Origin: Pecten maximus
Lineage: Eukaryota
NCBI RefSeq assembly: GCF_902652985.1
Contig: NC_047022.1
Coordinates: 1,860,001 to 1,924,000 of the forward strand
Direction: 5' to 3'
DNA length: 64,000 nt
The notes under the pieces are model-generated. The model was not told the DNA's origin, made no database searches, and saw only the letters and a list, made by a program, of their open reading frames with translations. Below, piece after piece: positions 25,303 to 37,227 of this stretch (its first letter is position 1; every line of letters begins with the position of its first letter). The position numbers and the translations under genes are program-made.

Positions 25303-26870
25303 TGTATTTCCCCCCTTAATGAGAGATTAAATTAGATATGACTAGATGAAACTATATTTACTCAGCATTATAGATATAAAACTCGGATATTTCAGTCAAC
25401 TACACACAGTCCTTCTCGTATGTAATTATACACGGGAAAGAAACTCGTATAAGAGAAATTAACTCGTATACACGAGAAAGAAACTCGTATATACGAGAAA
25501 GAAACTCGTATTCGAGAAAGAAACTCGTATAAGAGAAATTAACTCGTATACACGAGAAAGAAACTCGTATAAGAGAAAGAAACTCGTATACACGAGAAAT
25601 TAACTCGTATAAGAGAAAGAAACTCGTATAAGAGAAATTAACTCGTATACACGAGAAATTAACTCGTATAAGAGAAAGAAACTCGTCTAAGAGAAAGAAA
25701 CTCGTATAAGGGAAAGAAACTCGTATATACGAGAAAGAAACACGTATATTTAAGCATTGAACGGCTTTCAGTTGGCATTCATATCGACTATGAATGCCAA
25801 CTGAAAGCCGTTCAATTCTTATATTTACCATCTGCGATTTTTTATTTGTCATGCGATTTTTGTTTTGAAATTTTCAAATTCAAATTTCCCGCGCTTACGA
25901 GTAGCAGAGATCACTTCCTGTTGGCAGTTCATAGGCTGGTGAACTCGCAACTGAATTGGTAGGGTTATATAGTGGCAGTGCCATACAATGGTAAATATAT
26001 GGGAAAGAAACTCGTATATAAGAGAAATTAACTCGTATACACGAGAAATTAACTCGTATACACGAGAAAGAAACTCGTATAAGAGAAAGAAACTCGTATA
26101 TACGAGAAAGAAACACGTATATATGGGAAAGAAACTCGTATATAAGAGAAATTAACTCGTATAAGAGAAATTAACTCGTATACACGAGAAATTAACTCGT
26201 ATACACGAGAAAGAAACTCGTATAAGAGAAAGAAACTCGTATATACGAGAAAGAAACACGTATATATGGGAAAGAAACTCGTATATAAGAGAAATTAACT
26301 CGTATAAGAGTAAGAAACTCGTATAAGAGAAAGAAACTCGTATAAGAGAAAGAAACTCGTATACGAGAAAGAAACTCGTATATACGAGAAAGAAACACGT
26401 ATATATGGGAAAGAAACTCGTATACGAGAAAGAAACTCGTATAAGAGAAAGAAACTCGTATATACGAGAAAGAAACTCGTGTACGAGAAAGAAACTCGTA
26501 TATACGGGAAAGAAACTCGTATTCGAGAAAGAAACTCGTATATACGTATTTCCCCCCTTAATGAGAGATTAAATTAGATATGACTAGATGAAACTATATT
26601 TACTCAGCATTATAGATATAAAACTCGGATATTTCAGTCAACTACACACAGTCCTTCTCGTATGTAATTATACACGGGAAAGAAACTCGTATAAGAGAAA
26701 TTAACTCGTATACACGAGAAAGAAACTCGTATATACGAGAAAGAAACTCGTATTCGAGAAAGAAACTCGTATAAGAGAAATTAACTCGTATACACGAGAA
26801 ATTAACTCGTATAAGAGAAAGAAACTCGTATATACGAGAAAGAAACTCGTATACGAGAAAGAAACTGGAG
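25303..26870. repeat. Composite repeat: (gagaaagaaactcgtata)n arrays in a ~1.24-kb direct duplication
   Basis: Block tatttcccccc(c)ttaatgagag...tacacgggaaagaaactcg occurs at ~25305 and ~26547; 16-21-bp units lie between. Confidence 0.85.
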
Positions 26871-27790
26871 ATTTTTTTTATCTATTTTTAGTTTTTAATG
26901 GACCCGGAGTGAATTCTTACCATTGTCCATCGTAGACTGTGGAGACTCTGTGTTAATGATTTTCCTATAAATTGGTATATCTTTAACTCTTTTTCCAATC
27001 TCAAAGCTTTATTTTATTATTATCTTTCTTTGGTGCAAACTTAAAAAAAAAAAAAAAAATAGGAAGGGGCATTCGTTCGTTCGGACAGCAGAAACATGCA
27101 AAATTTCTACTGATGAAATCTATGTCCGAACGAGGATTATATGAGTGTTTGTGCCTACACGTAATGAAATAAACACCGAGATGTACAGAAAAATGACAAA
27201 CCGTCCAAAAATAACGTCTGTCTTTGCGGTTTGATACTTCGGGGCGAATTAAGAATTTTTAGGACTTAATACTTGAAAAACTTCTTTTTACCTTGCGAGT
27301 AAAACTGCCATATTGGTGTTAAGACTGTAACTTTTACTATTGTGGAAAAAATGTATTTTAATTTTGACGACGTAAACTTCATTCAATCAAAGGAATACCC
27401 CTTTAAAGATGCGATGTACAGTTCCGACAGTCTACTTTGTATGCTGCATAATTGTCGCAAAAATGCATAAAATTGTACCGACAGCAGTAGATATCTAGAT
27501 TGTACTGTTTCGGTGTACATACAGTTATTTGTAATGTATATATATGTCTGTTTACTGTTTTTCCTCTCCCGACCTCTGAATTATCACACAAGAACTGGCC
27601 CAACAACTTCGTCTGACTCTATAACTCGAATATTTCTGATGTTTTTATCGACCTTTCAAAATATGATCATAGTCAAGCGCGGTTACTACATGTACCATAC
27701 GATAGTTTTCAACATATAAAACAGATGTCCAAATGTTTAAGCTATCAACATTTTTTATGTTTTAGATTGATCAGACAACGTAGGTAAACA

Positions 27791-28437
27791 ATGGCGACAG
27801 ATGACGTAACTGCCATTAAGATTGGTGACGGAGAAAAGAGAGTCCGGATTGTTCATTTGTCTGATACGCATTTTCATCACGACCAAATTTACCTGCCGCG
27901 ACTTCCGCCCGGGGACGTGCTTGTCCATTCCGGCGATTTCTGTACAACGGGCTGGTCTCGTTTGTTCAAAACTCCGGACTATGATCACCATATTCAACAA
28001 ATCAACGATTTTTTCAGTAAAGTGCCCCACAAACATAAATTATTTGTCGGCGGAAACCATGACATGGCAATCGCCGGCAGACGTCAAGAGGACATTCAGA
28101 AGATTCTCCCGGAAGTGACGTATCTACAAGATTCCGGGGTAAATATTGAAGGGATTAATTTCTATGGATCGCCGTGGACCGCTTACAAATGGAAATCTTA
28201 TAACCGGGCTTTTGTTCGAAAATGGGGAAAGTTCGAACATCACTGGGACGACATTCCAACCGGAACTGACGTATTAGTGACGCACATGCCCCCTCATGGC
28301 ATCCGGGATATGGGCAGACAGGATTTTTCGCTCTTTCAGAACAGACGGGATACCTGTAACGTCTGTTCTCAAACTCACGAGGGGCGGTGCCATCTTGGAT
28401 GTCCCAAACTTCGACACGCAATCTTAAACAGAGTGAA
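27791..28437 (+). CDS. Metallophosphoesterase domain protein (MPPED1/2-like), coding exon 1
   Basis: Motifs LSDTH, HSGDF, GGNHD, LVTHMPP; ends GTG AA|GTAAGT. Confidence 0.9.
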
Positions 28438-29008
28438 GTAAGTAGAGACATTTTTAGCCTCTTCTGCATACACGGTTGTCTTTGTGACTGAATTTATGTT
28501 GATGTCTTCAATAGTACCAGCAGCAAGCTTTGAAAAGTGCTTTGTGTATTATTCCGCTGTCGGCATCGGTGAAGAGTAGCTCTTACATTGTATCTAAATG
28601 CTTGAGTGTATATGTGTAATTATATCGGGGGAAAAGGCTTTATATAAGTTGTATAACTTGTGCCCAATCCCTTTGTAAAGTTCAGTTACAAATAAGAATA
28701 GATCTATGTTTAAATCAAATTATTGATATTGTCGAAGATAATTAAACTAGCCTTAAGTGGGAGGGATCAGTTAGGGTAAAGAGGTCATGGAGGTCAAAGA
28801 CGATGGTGAGGTAGGGTTCGGGCAGGCATAGAGGCCGGGTAGTCACAAATGTGAAGCCATGTCAATTCAGTGGTTTATAGGAACTAAATGAAGAAGAGAA
28901 CATCATTTTGAGCAAACTTTTTTTCTTATTGTCCTTGGCTTGCGTCACCATACTACTGTATGCTTGTACAGTCTAATGATTCACCTACATGACTTTTGTC
29001 GGTTTCAG

Positions 29009-29123
29009 GCCAAAACTCCATTGTTTCGGTCACTTACACGGAAGTGCAGGACTCCATGTGATCGATGAAACGACTTTCTCTAACGCAGCTCTCAGCATCC
29101 GGGTATTTGACTATTACGTATGA
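29009..29123 (+). CDS. MPPED-like metallophosphoesterase, coding exon 2
   Basis: tttcAG|G CCA AAA; PKLHCFGHLHGSAGLHVIDETTFSNAALSIRVFDYYV*; supplies the GHxH motif in correct phase. Confidence 0.88.
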
Positions 29124-29127
29124 TTCA

Positions 29128-29770
29128 CATAGGCTGTAACGGAAGTGGCGTAATGTCATATCTGGTGGGCGTGGCTTATATCAACGTATGACATTTGCTC
29201 TTTAGAACAATATACTGTGATGGAGGTGGCGTGATGTCATATCTGGTGGGCGTGGCTAAGATCAACGTGTGACAGACGTTGTTTAGAACAATAGACTGTG
29301 ATGGAGGTGGCGTGCTGTCATATCTGGTGGGCGTGGCTAAGATCAACGTGTGACAGACGTTGTTTAGAACATAGATGGACGTGATGGCCGAGTCCTACGC
29401 GAGGTTCAACACTTCAAGGGAATTATCAGATACGTGTGATGGCCGATTGGCGTGACTGGATATCTCCTGTTTGACGTGGCTAGATTTCACGTGTGATGGA
29501 CGTGATTATATATCACGTGTGATAGACGTGGCTAGATATCGCGTGAGATGGACGTGATTATATATCACGTGTGATGGGCGTGGTTAGATATCACGTGTGA
29601 TGGGCGAGTTCAAATATAATATGAGATGGACGAGATTAGATATCGCGTGAGATGGGCGTGGTTAGATATCGCGTGAGATGGACGTGCTTAGATATCACGT
29701 GATATGGACGAGAGTATATATCGCGTGAGATGAGCGTGGTTAGATATCACGTGATATGGACGAGAGTAGA
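29128..29770. repeat. Tandem repeats just after the MPPED stop (~81-bp x3, then ~29-bp units)
   Basis: gtcatatctggtgggcgtggct x3; gatatcacgtgtgatgggcgtggtta units. Confidence 0.8.
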
Positions 29771-30613
29771 GTGAATTGGTATTTTATTATGACTATTGAC
29801 ATAACTGTATAGTGCAATATGAACTTAAACTTAAACATGAATAGTTTTTTTCACTCATTACTTGCTTCGTGTTGTGTTTGTAAATATATGAATTCCTTAT
29901 TGTCCAGTTATAATATATTGTTATTTTGAGATTAAAGAGTTATTGTTAAATTATCGTAATATGTCCATGAAAATTAAAACATTCATACTTCTGAAATTCC
30001 GCTTTTATCATTTACATTTATATATATAATTATTACAAACCATCAATCGCATATCCGTCATTTTGTACATTGATTTATGTCCGTCACCGGAAGTTGTTTC
30101 TATGTTTAGTTTTGGAGAGAATAAAGACAGAAACATGTGTTTGACTTGAATGTACATCCTCTCAGAGCTAGTCCCTAACATGTTGTCCTATTCCGGTCAA
30201 TTCTTGTGTTATGACCACAGGCACACGTCACGATGGTCGTACTGGGAATGTGTCGGGCGCTAGGTAGGTATTATGTCTACATTAATACCTCTCACACAGT
30301 TTACATACCAGCATTGACGACGGGTCAGTCGCCGCCGCAGACGACGAGGAAGTTTACGTACGTTCGCCATATTTAAGAACGAGATCAAAGACTTGAGCAT
30401 GCTTAGGGCCGTTCTCAAATATCGGCCCGTTCTCAACTTAAAATCTGCGAATTGAGAATTAACAATTTTTGAGATGTTTAAGCATATGCTCAAATTTAAG
30501 CATATACTCAAAGTTAAGCATTGAGAACGGAGTTAAGAAGATTCGTTAAAGAGGGCCCCGAGTGTCGTCTGGATTCAAAGTTAGACTATAAGAGGCCTAC
30601 AATGCTAAAGAAG

Positions 30614-31651
30614 CAATCTAATTAAAATCAAGATGGCCATTTTCACTACGTTACATGAACTTCTAGCAATATCCCATAATTGGACTGAGACCACAATTAA
30701 GTACTTCCGGGTTCAGGCCCCACGAATGAAGTCCCCTCAAAAATGTATGTATTTCAGGAAAACAAATCAAATGCCTCTTTGAACTTGATTTCTGTTGATG
30801 AATTTAATGTGGAATTATAGTAGAGATGTCAATCTAGGTTTTGTGATGTAAAATAATAATATTGATAATTTATTATGTGCTCCAGGACCCTGTGTGATGT
30901 GTCCTGATTTGACCTCTACCCCTGACCCGGATGTATATAATCCACGCTGGTGACACATTTTGACAGCTATCTCCAGAAAATGCTGAACATGCTGGGTTGA
31001 AACTTTTATATTTTGCTTCTCATATGTTGGTCTTGGCTAGGTGAGATGGAAAGTTGCATATGAGATTTAAGGAATTCATTATGAATTTTAATGTTACAAT
31101 GAAACATATAGCGAAGCTACAATGTAATTGTGGTCTCGGTCCATAATAGACTGGATTACCTGCCTTATATTAGTACCATTTCTCTCCGCTAGGCTGCGCT
31201 CATGAATACTATTGTATTTTCGAAGCGAAGCCTAGCGGAGAGTAGAAAAACTACGGCAGGTAATCCAGTCTATATCCCATAAGGGGTCACGCTCTGATGA
31301 CCTTTGAGATATGTGTATTTCAGTTTGAGGGCGAATTGTCAATTTTTCGATGTCATCGAAGCAAAACATTTCGTCACAGCATGCATCTGAAGCAAGCCAT
31401 TTTGGTACTGCATGTTTATACATGTAGCTTTATGCTATCTGGGACGAAGTGACTTGAAACAAATTGAAAGATTATGCAAACTATGCACTCTAGTCATGTT
31501 CATTCGGACACATACAATTTTCTTCCAAGATGCTGGAAGTAGTCATTTGATTGGTTAATCCAAAAGGTCACCCCGACGTGGCCCCTAATGGGATGTTGTT
31601 AGATGTTCATGTAACGTAGTGAAAATGACGTTCTTGATTTTAATTAGATTG
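30614..31651. mobile_element. Non-autonomous DNA transposon with ~50-bp TIRs and 9-bp TSD (Mutator-like)
   Basis: TIR caatctaattaaaatcaaga..cattttcactacgttacatgaac and its reverse complement at ~31605-31651; CTAAAGAAG duplicated at 30605-30613 and 31652-31660. Confidence 0.85.
30681..31143. mobile_element. Nested MITE with 4-bp TSD (TAAT)
   Basis: tggactgagaccacaatta ... taattgtggtctcggtcca, flanked by taat on both sides. Confidence 0.75.
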
Positions 31652-32727
31652 CTAAAGAAGGAAACCCGGCATAGAAAACGTTACAATACCTATAGTGTCT
31701 TTAAACACGAATTAAAGTAATGAGCATATATTTGTCCGTGAAATGCCGCATGTCTAGGTTAAAGACAAATTACGTGTTTATTTGTCTGAGTTAGTCAAGA
31801 CGAATTGTCTGCGTGTTTTAAGTTAAAGACAAATTAATTGTACGTGTTTCAAAGTTCAGGACAATTCCCTCCGTCTCTGAGTTAATGGCGAATTATCTGT
31901 GTTTCTGGATCAAAGACAAATTAACTGTACGTGTTTCCAAGTTTAGGACAAGTCCCTCCGTCTCTGAGTTAATGGCAAATTATCTGTTTCTGGATCAAAG
32001 AAAAAACGCCATGCCTTTCCATACTAATTTACTCAATATGTAGACTTTTTTGGTTAAAAATATGCATTTTTTTAAAAGAAAGGGATTATTTCTAAATAAG
32101 GATGAAAAATGAAGAGTTATTTCCCTTCATACCTCATTATTAGGAAATGCGTCAGCGTTCACAGGGGACATAACTCTTCCGAACTGTACTTAATCAGTAC
32201 AATACAGGTCTGACATTGGACTAGAAATCTTTATCTCGGGAGGTAGCATTTTATGAGTGTTTCATACCCCATTAAATAGAATTATCTGCTTCTAAATTAA
32301 AGACGATTTTTTGTGTGTGTTTCTGAGTTAAAGACAAATTCTGTGCGTTAAAGAATTCTGTTTCTGCATTATAAATATACACAACATGTAAATAAAATAG
32401 AAAGCTACATAACTATAACTTTAATACGATATGCATATTCAAACCACAATTTCACCATATGTATATTTATCACGTGACGAGTATTGAGCTAACGAGTGTA
32501 CGTGTGAAGTGCGCACTCACGACCTAATTGGACGTTATTGATGACGTCATTGTCTCTCATTTTGGCTTTAGGTTCAAGATGACAAGTCTACCTTACTAAC
32601 AAATATTAAAGCCTTACCTTATCAAAACATATCGATTTCAGAAACCACGTAACTATTTTTTCATTTTTTTCCCTCTTTCACACGTTTAATGTTACACATC
32701 AATCACTAAGATTGATAACTGACCCTG

Positions 32728-33288
32728 TTATTGTTCCCCACGTGACTGGGAAGTCCGGGTTTCCACTCGGTTGTCCATCTGTACGTCCGATCTTGAGTCA
32801 GATGCACGTGTGTCCACTCGTGGTAAGGATGTTCCACGTGACATGTCGATACGTGTGTGCGCATGCGAACCTGCGCTACTGTGTGACTGTCTGGATGACC
32901 TTGACCTCCGTGAAATGGTGGAAACCTGGTCGGGATCCTCTACGCCTGTCAGGAACTCCGGAGCGATTGAACCAAGAGTTTTGCGCATATTGGCAAGGAG
33001 AGATTCGGACCCCGACACTATCTGGTTAAAAGCAGTTTCGTAGTCGGTTATCAAACTGTCAAATCTCTCGCGCTCTACTAACTTTTTACACAAACTTTCG
33101 TTTATATTTGTCAACTGTGTCGTCATCATGCCGAGGTCATATTGAAGTTTGGACTGTTCGTCCTTGAGATTTTTTATGTCTTTCTGAAGGTCGTCTCGTT
33201 TGAGTCTCATCTCGTCCACACAATTGAGAAGCTCAATATTAGTTCTCTGAAGATACGCATCTGCACGTTGTTTACGCTGTGAAGACAT
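32728..33288 (-). CDS. SSNA1: SSNA1/NA14/DIP13-like coiled-coil microtubule-binding protein with Ser/Arg-rich C-terminal extension, 186 aa
   Basis: LQRTNIELLNCVDEMRLKRDDLQKDI...INESLCKKLVERERFDSLITDYETAFNQIVSGSESLL aligns by eye with SSNA1 ([22 protein letters not shown]...[37 protein letters not shown]); accATG at 33288. Confidence 0.8.
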   Translation of the reverse strand: MSSQRKQRADAYLQRTNIELLNCVDEMRLKRDDLQKDIKNLKDEQSKLQYDLGMMTTQLTNINESLCKKLVERERFDSLITDYETAFNQIVSGSESLLANMRKTLGSIAPEFLTGVEDPDQVSTISRRSRSSRQSHSSAGSHAHTRIDMSRGTSLPRVDTRASDSRSDVQMDNRVETRTSQSRGEQ

Positions 33289-33599
33289 GGTTACGTCAAA
33301 GTATGATGACGTCACAGCTGTGACTCCCTCTGAAACATCAACAAGTTTAATTATATAAACTAATACACGAACAATGTCCGGACAAACGAAATTAAATTTA
33401 CACAAAAAATAAAGTATACAGAGAGACAAACGCGCTTTAAAGTTTCCGGATTAACGAGATTCAGTTACACCAACAAACGCGTCGGAATCAGCGTAATTGT
33501 CTGTTCATACAAAATGTTTACAATGTATCAAGCATAACTTAATTTCACCGTGAAAAACGAATCAGACAAGTTAGATTTTTTTTTAACTTTGATCAATAC

Positions 33600-35996
33600 G
33601 GACTAACGATGTTTCACTACACACACGAAACAGTGTGTCCGGACTAGTGAAGTTTTACTGTACAAACGAAACAGTGTGTCCGGACTGACGGAGTTTTACT
33701 ATACAAACAAAATAATTAATATGTCCGGACTGTCGAAGTTTTACTGTACATACGAAACAATGTGTTCGTACTAGCGAAGTTTTACTGTACAAACGAAATA
33801 GTGTGTCTGGACTGACGGAGTTTAAATGTAAACATAAGTCAATACGTCCGGACTAACGAAATTTTACTGTACACACGAACCAATTAATATGTCCAGACTA
33901 ACGAAGTGTAACAACGTATCCGGACTGGTGAGGTTTTACTGTACAGCCGAAACAATTAATATGTCCGGACTGTCGAAGTTTTACTGTACACACGAAATAA
34001 TTAATATGTCCGGACTGTCGAGGTTTTACTGAACACACGAAACAATTAATATGTCCGGACTGTCGAGGTTTTACTGTACAGCCGAAACAATTAATATGTC
34101 CGGACTGTCGAGGTTTTACTGTACAGCCGAAACAATTAATATGTCCGGACTGTCGAAGTTTTACTGTACACACAAAACAATTAATATATCCGGACTGTCG
34201 AGGTGTAACTGTACACACAAAACAATTAATATGTCCGGACTGTCGAAGTTTTACTGAACACACGAAATAATTAATATGTCCGGACTGTCGAGGTTTTACT
34301 GAACACACGAAACAATTAATATGTCCGGACTGTCGAGGTTTTACTGTACAGCCGAAACAATTAATATTTCCGGACTGTCGAGGTTTTAGTGAACACACGA
34401 CACAATTAATATGTCCGGACTGTCGAGGTTTTACTGTACAGCCGAAACAATTAATATGTCCGGACTGTCGAGGTTTTACTGTACAGCCGAAACAATTAAT
34501 ATGTCCGGACTGTCGAAGTTTTACTGTACACACAAAACAATTAATATGTCCGGACTGTCGAAGTTTTACTGAACACACGAAATAATTAATATGTCCGGAC
34601 TGTCGAGGTTTTACTGAACACACGAAACAATTAATATGTCCGGACTGTCGAGGTTTTACTGTACACACGAAACAATTAATATGTCCGGACTGTCGAGGTT
34701 TTACTGTACAGCCGAAACAATTAATATGTCCGGACTGTCGAAGTTTTACTGTGCACACGAAATAATTAATATGTCCGGACTGTCGAAGCTTTACTGTACA
34801 CACGAAATAATTAATGTGTCCGGACTGTCGAGGTTTTACTTTACACACGAAATAATTAATATGTCCGGACTGTCGAGGTTTTACTGTACACACGAAACAA
34901 TCAATATGTCCGGACTGTCGAGGTTTTACTGTACACACGAAACAATTAATATGTCCGGACTGTCGAGGTTTTACTGTACACACGAAACAATTAATATGTC
35001 CGGACTGTCGAGGTGTTACTGTACATACGAAACAATTAATATGTCCGGACTGTCGAGATTTTACTGTACACACAAAACAATGAATATGTCCGGACTGTCG
35101 AGGTTTTACTGTACACACAAAACAATTAATATGTCCGGACTGTCGAGGTGTTACTGTACAGCCGAAACAATTAATATGTCCGGACTGTCGAGGTGTTACT
35201 GTACACACGAAACAATTAATATGTCCGGACTGTCGAGGTTTTACTGTACACACGAAACAATTAATATGTCCGGACTGTCGAGGTGTTACTGTACATACGG
35301 AACAATTAATATGTCCGGACTGTCGAGGTTTTACTGTACATACGAAACAATATGTCCGGACTGTCGAGGTTTTACTGTACACACAAAACAATTAATATGT
35401 CCGGACTGTCGAGGTGTAACTGTACACACAAAACAATTAATATGTCCGGACTGTCGAGGTTTTACTGTACAGCCGAAACAATTAATATGTCCGGACCGTC
35501 GAAGTGTAACTGTACACACGAAACAATTAATATGTCCGGACTGTCGAGGTTTTACTGTACACACGAAATAATTAATATGTCCGGACTGTCGAGGTGTTAC
35601 TGTACACACAAAACAATTAATATGTCCGGACTGTCGTGGTTTTACTGTACTCACAAAACAATTAATATGTCCGGACTGTCGAGGTTTTACTGTACACACG
35701 AAATAATTAATATGTCCGGACTGTCGAGGTGTTACTGTACACACGAAAAATTAATATGTCCGGACTGTCGAGGTTTTACTGTACACAGGAAACAATTAAT
35801 ATGTCCGGACTGTCGAGGTTTTACTGTACACACGAAACAATTAATATGTCCGGACTGTCGAAGTTTTACTGTACACACGAAACAATTAACGTATCCGGAC
35901 TGTCGAGGTTTTACTGTACACACGAAACAATTAACGTATCCGGACTGTCGAGGTTTACTGTACACACGAAACAATTAACGTATCCGGACTGTCGAA
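33600..35996. repeat. 45-bp minisatellite (~50 copies), unit resembles a pogo/Tc1-type TIR
   Basis: Unit aattaatatgtccggactgtcgaggttttactgtacacacgaaac. Confidence 0.95.
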
Positions 35997-36145
35997 ATTA
36001 TATAATATTTGGATTTGGATTTCACCACACACTTCCATGTACATAATGGATGTACCCTGCGGACTTTCTTTTAAAGATGCCGGAAATATTCGTATAAATT
36101 CTGATTTTCTACTTACCAATTACTGCTCGTCCGCGTGCTTGTATT

Positions 36146-36168
36146 TTGTTTATCGTTGCTATGGAAAC
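36146..36168. promoter_or_regulatory. RFX X-box with adjacent forkhead motif upstream of the SSNA1-like gene
   Basis: GTTGCTATGGAAAC at 36155-36168 fits GTYNCYATRGNAAC; TGTTTAT immediately left; minus-strand donor G|GTAAGT at 36116. Confidence 0.65.
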
Positions 36169-37227
36169 CGTGTCATGACGTTGTCGTAAATAACTCGATA
36201 TTAATGTTAAACTTCAAAAATTCAAAGTATTCCAAATAAACGAGAAGTGTACTTACTGTTGATGAGAAGTGTCCTCCCTTGGGACTAAATATCACCCATC
36301 ACAACCAACCACATGTCCAAAGGCTTATTATAATCTAACAGTGGAAATAAAACCCATGTAGTACCCGGGAAGGAAGGCATGTACTTTATCGTAACTTTTA
36401 TCAAATTTTGTCCACAATCCGACGTTCACACCTAGGGCGGGTGTACTTCATAATTCATACAAAAACGTTTGCGTTTCCAACATATAAATATCGCGAGACA
36501 CATCCATGAAATATTGTGACGTCATTAATAATCAATGTTTTAAAATCTACGTCGCACGAATGCCTGTAAAGAAAACATAACAACATACCATTCGAGTGGA
36601 AATTCGCCTGATTATATATAAATCAAAATTTACTTTTCCCTTATATTCTCATGCGTACGAGAGTTTTCTCATAAATATGAGATATGTGATTAACAAAACC
36701 ATCCACTCTTGTTTATGTCATATGGAATTGATCAAACTCGTAAGATTGTCACCGAAAACTTCAAGATACAATGTATATCAGATAAATTTAAATTTAATAA
36801 ACACATTAACGTGGCCAATCGTGTAAACATCTATCGCTCTATACAGTCATGTTATATATATTCTATAGTTTCTCTCTGCGCAATGCTGGTTAAAACAACT
36901 CACCAGCTCACTAATTCTCACGTACACGACCTAGCCTGTGGTTCAACATGTGCAAGCTGACTGCTCCTCGACAAAGGGCGCGCTATCTACCAGATCGTCC
37001 GCTAAGACAATGGTCACTCGGCTGTCTGTCATTACGCCAGTTCATTTGTCACACAAATTGTTAAAGTTGGTATTTCAAGTCTTATATGTACTTAGACATA
37101 CTAGTCGGTGTATCCGCTGACCTTCTTGACCTCAGCTAGATCACAGGGGTTCGTAAACTGGACGACGACCATCTCTCAGAAATTGTCGGTCCGTCGTCTA
37201 GAGCTACGTTACCGCAGCTAGTGACAC

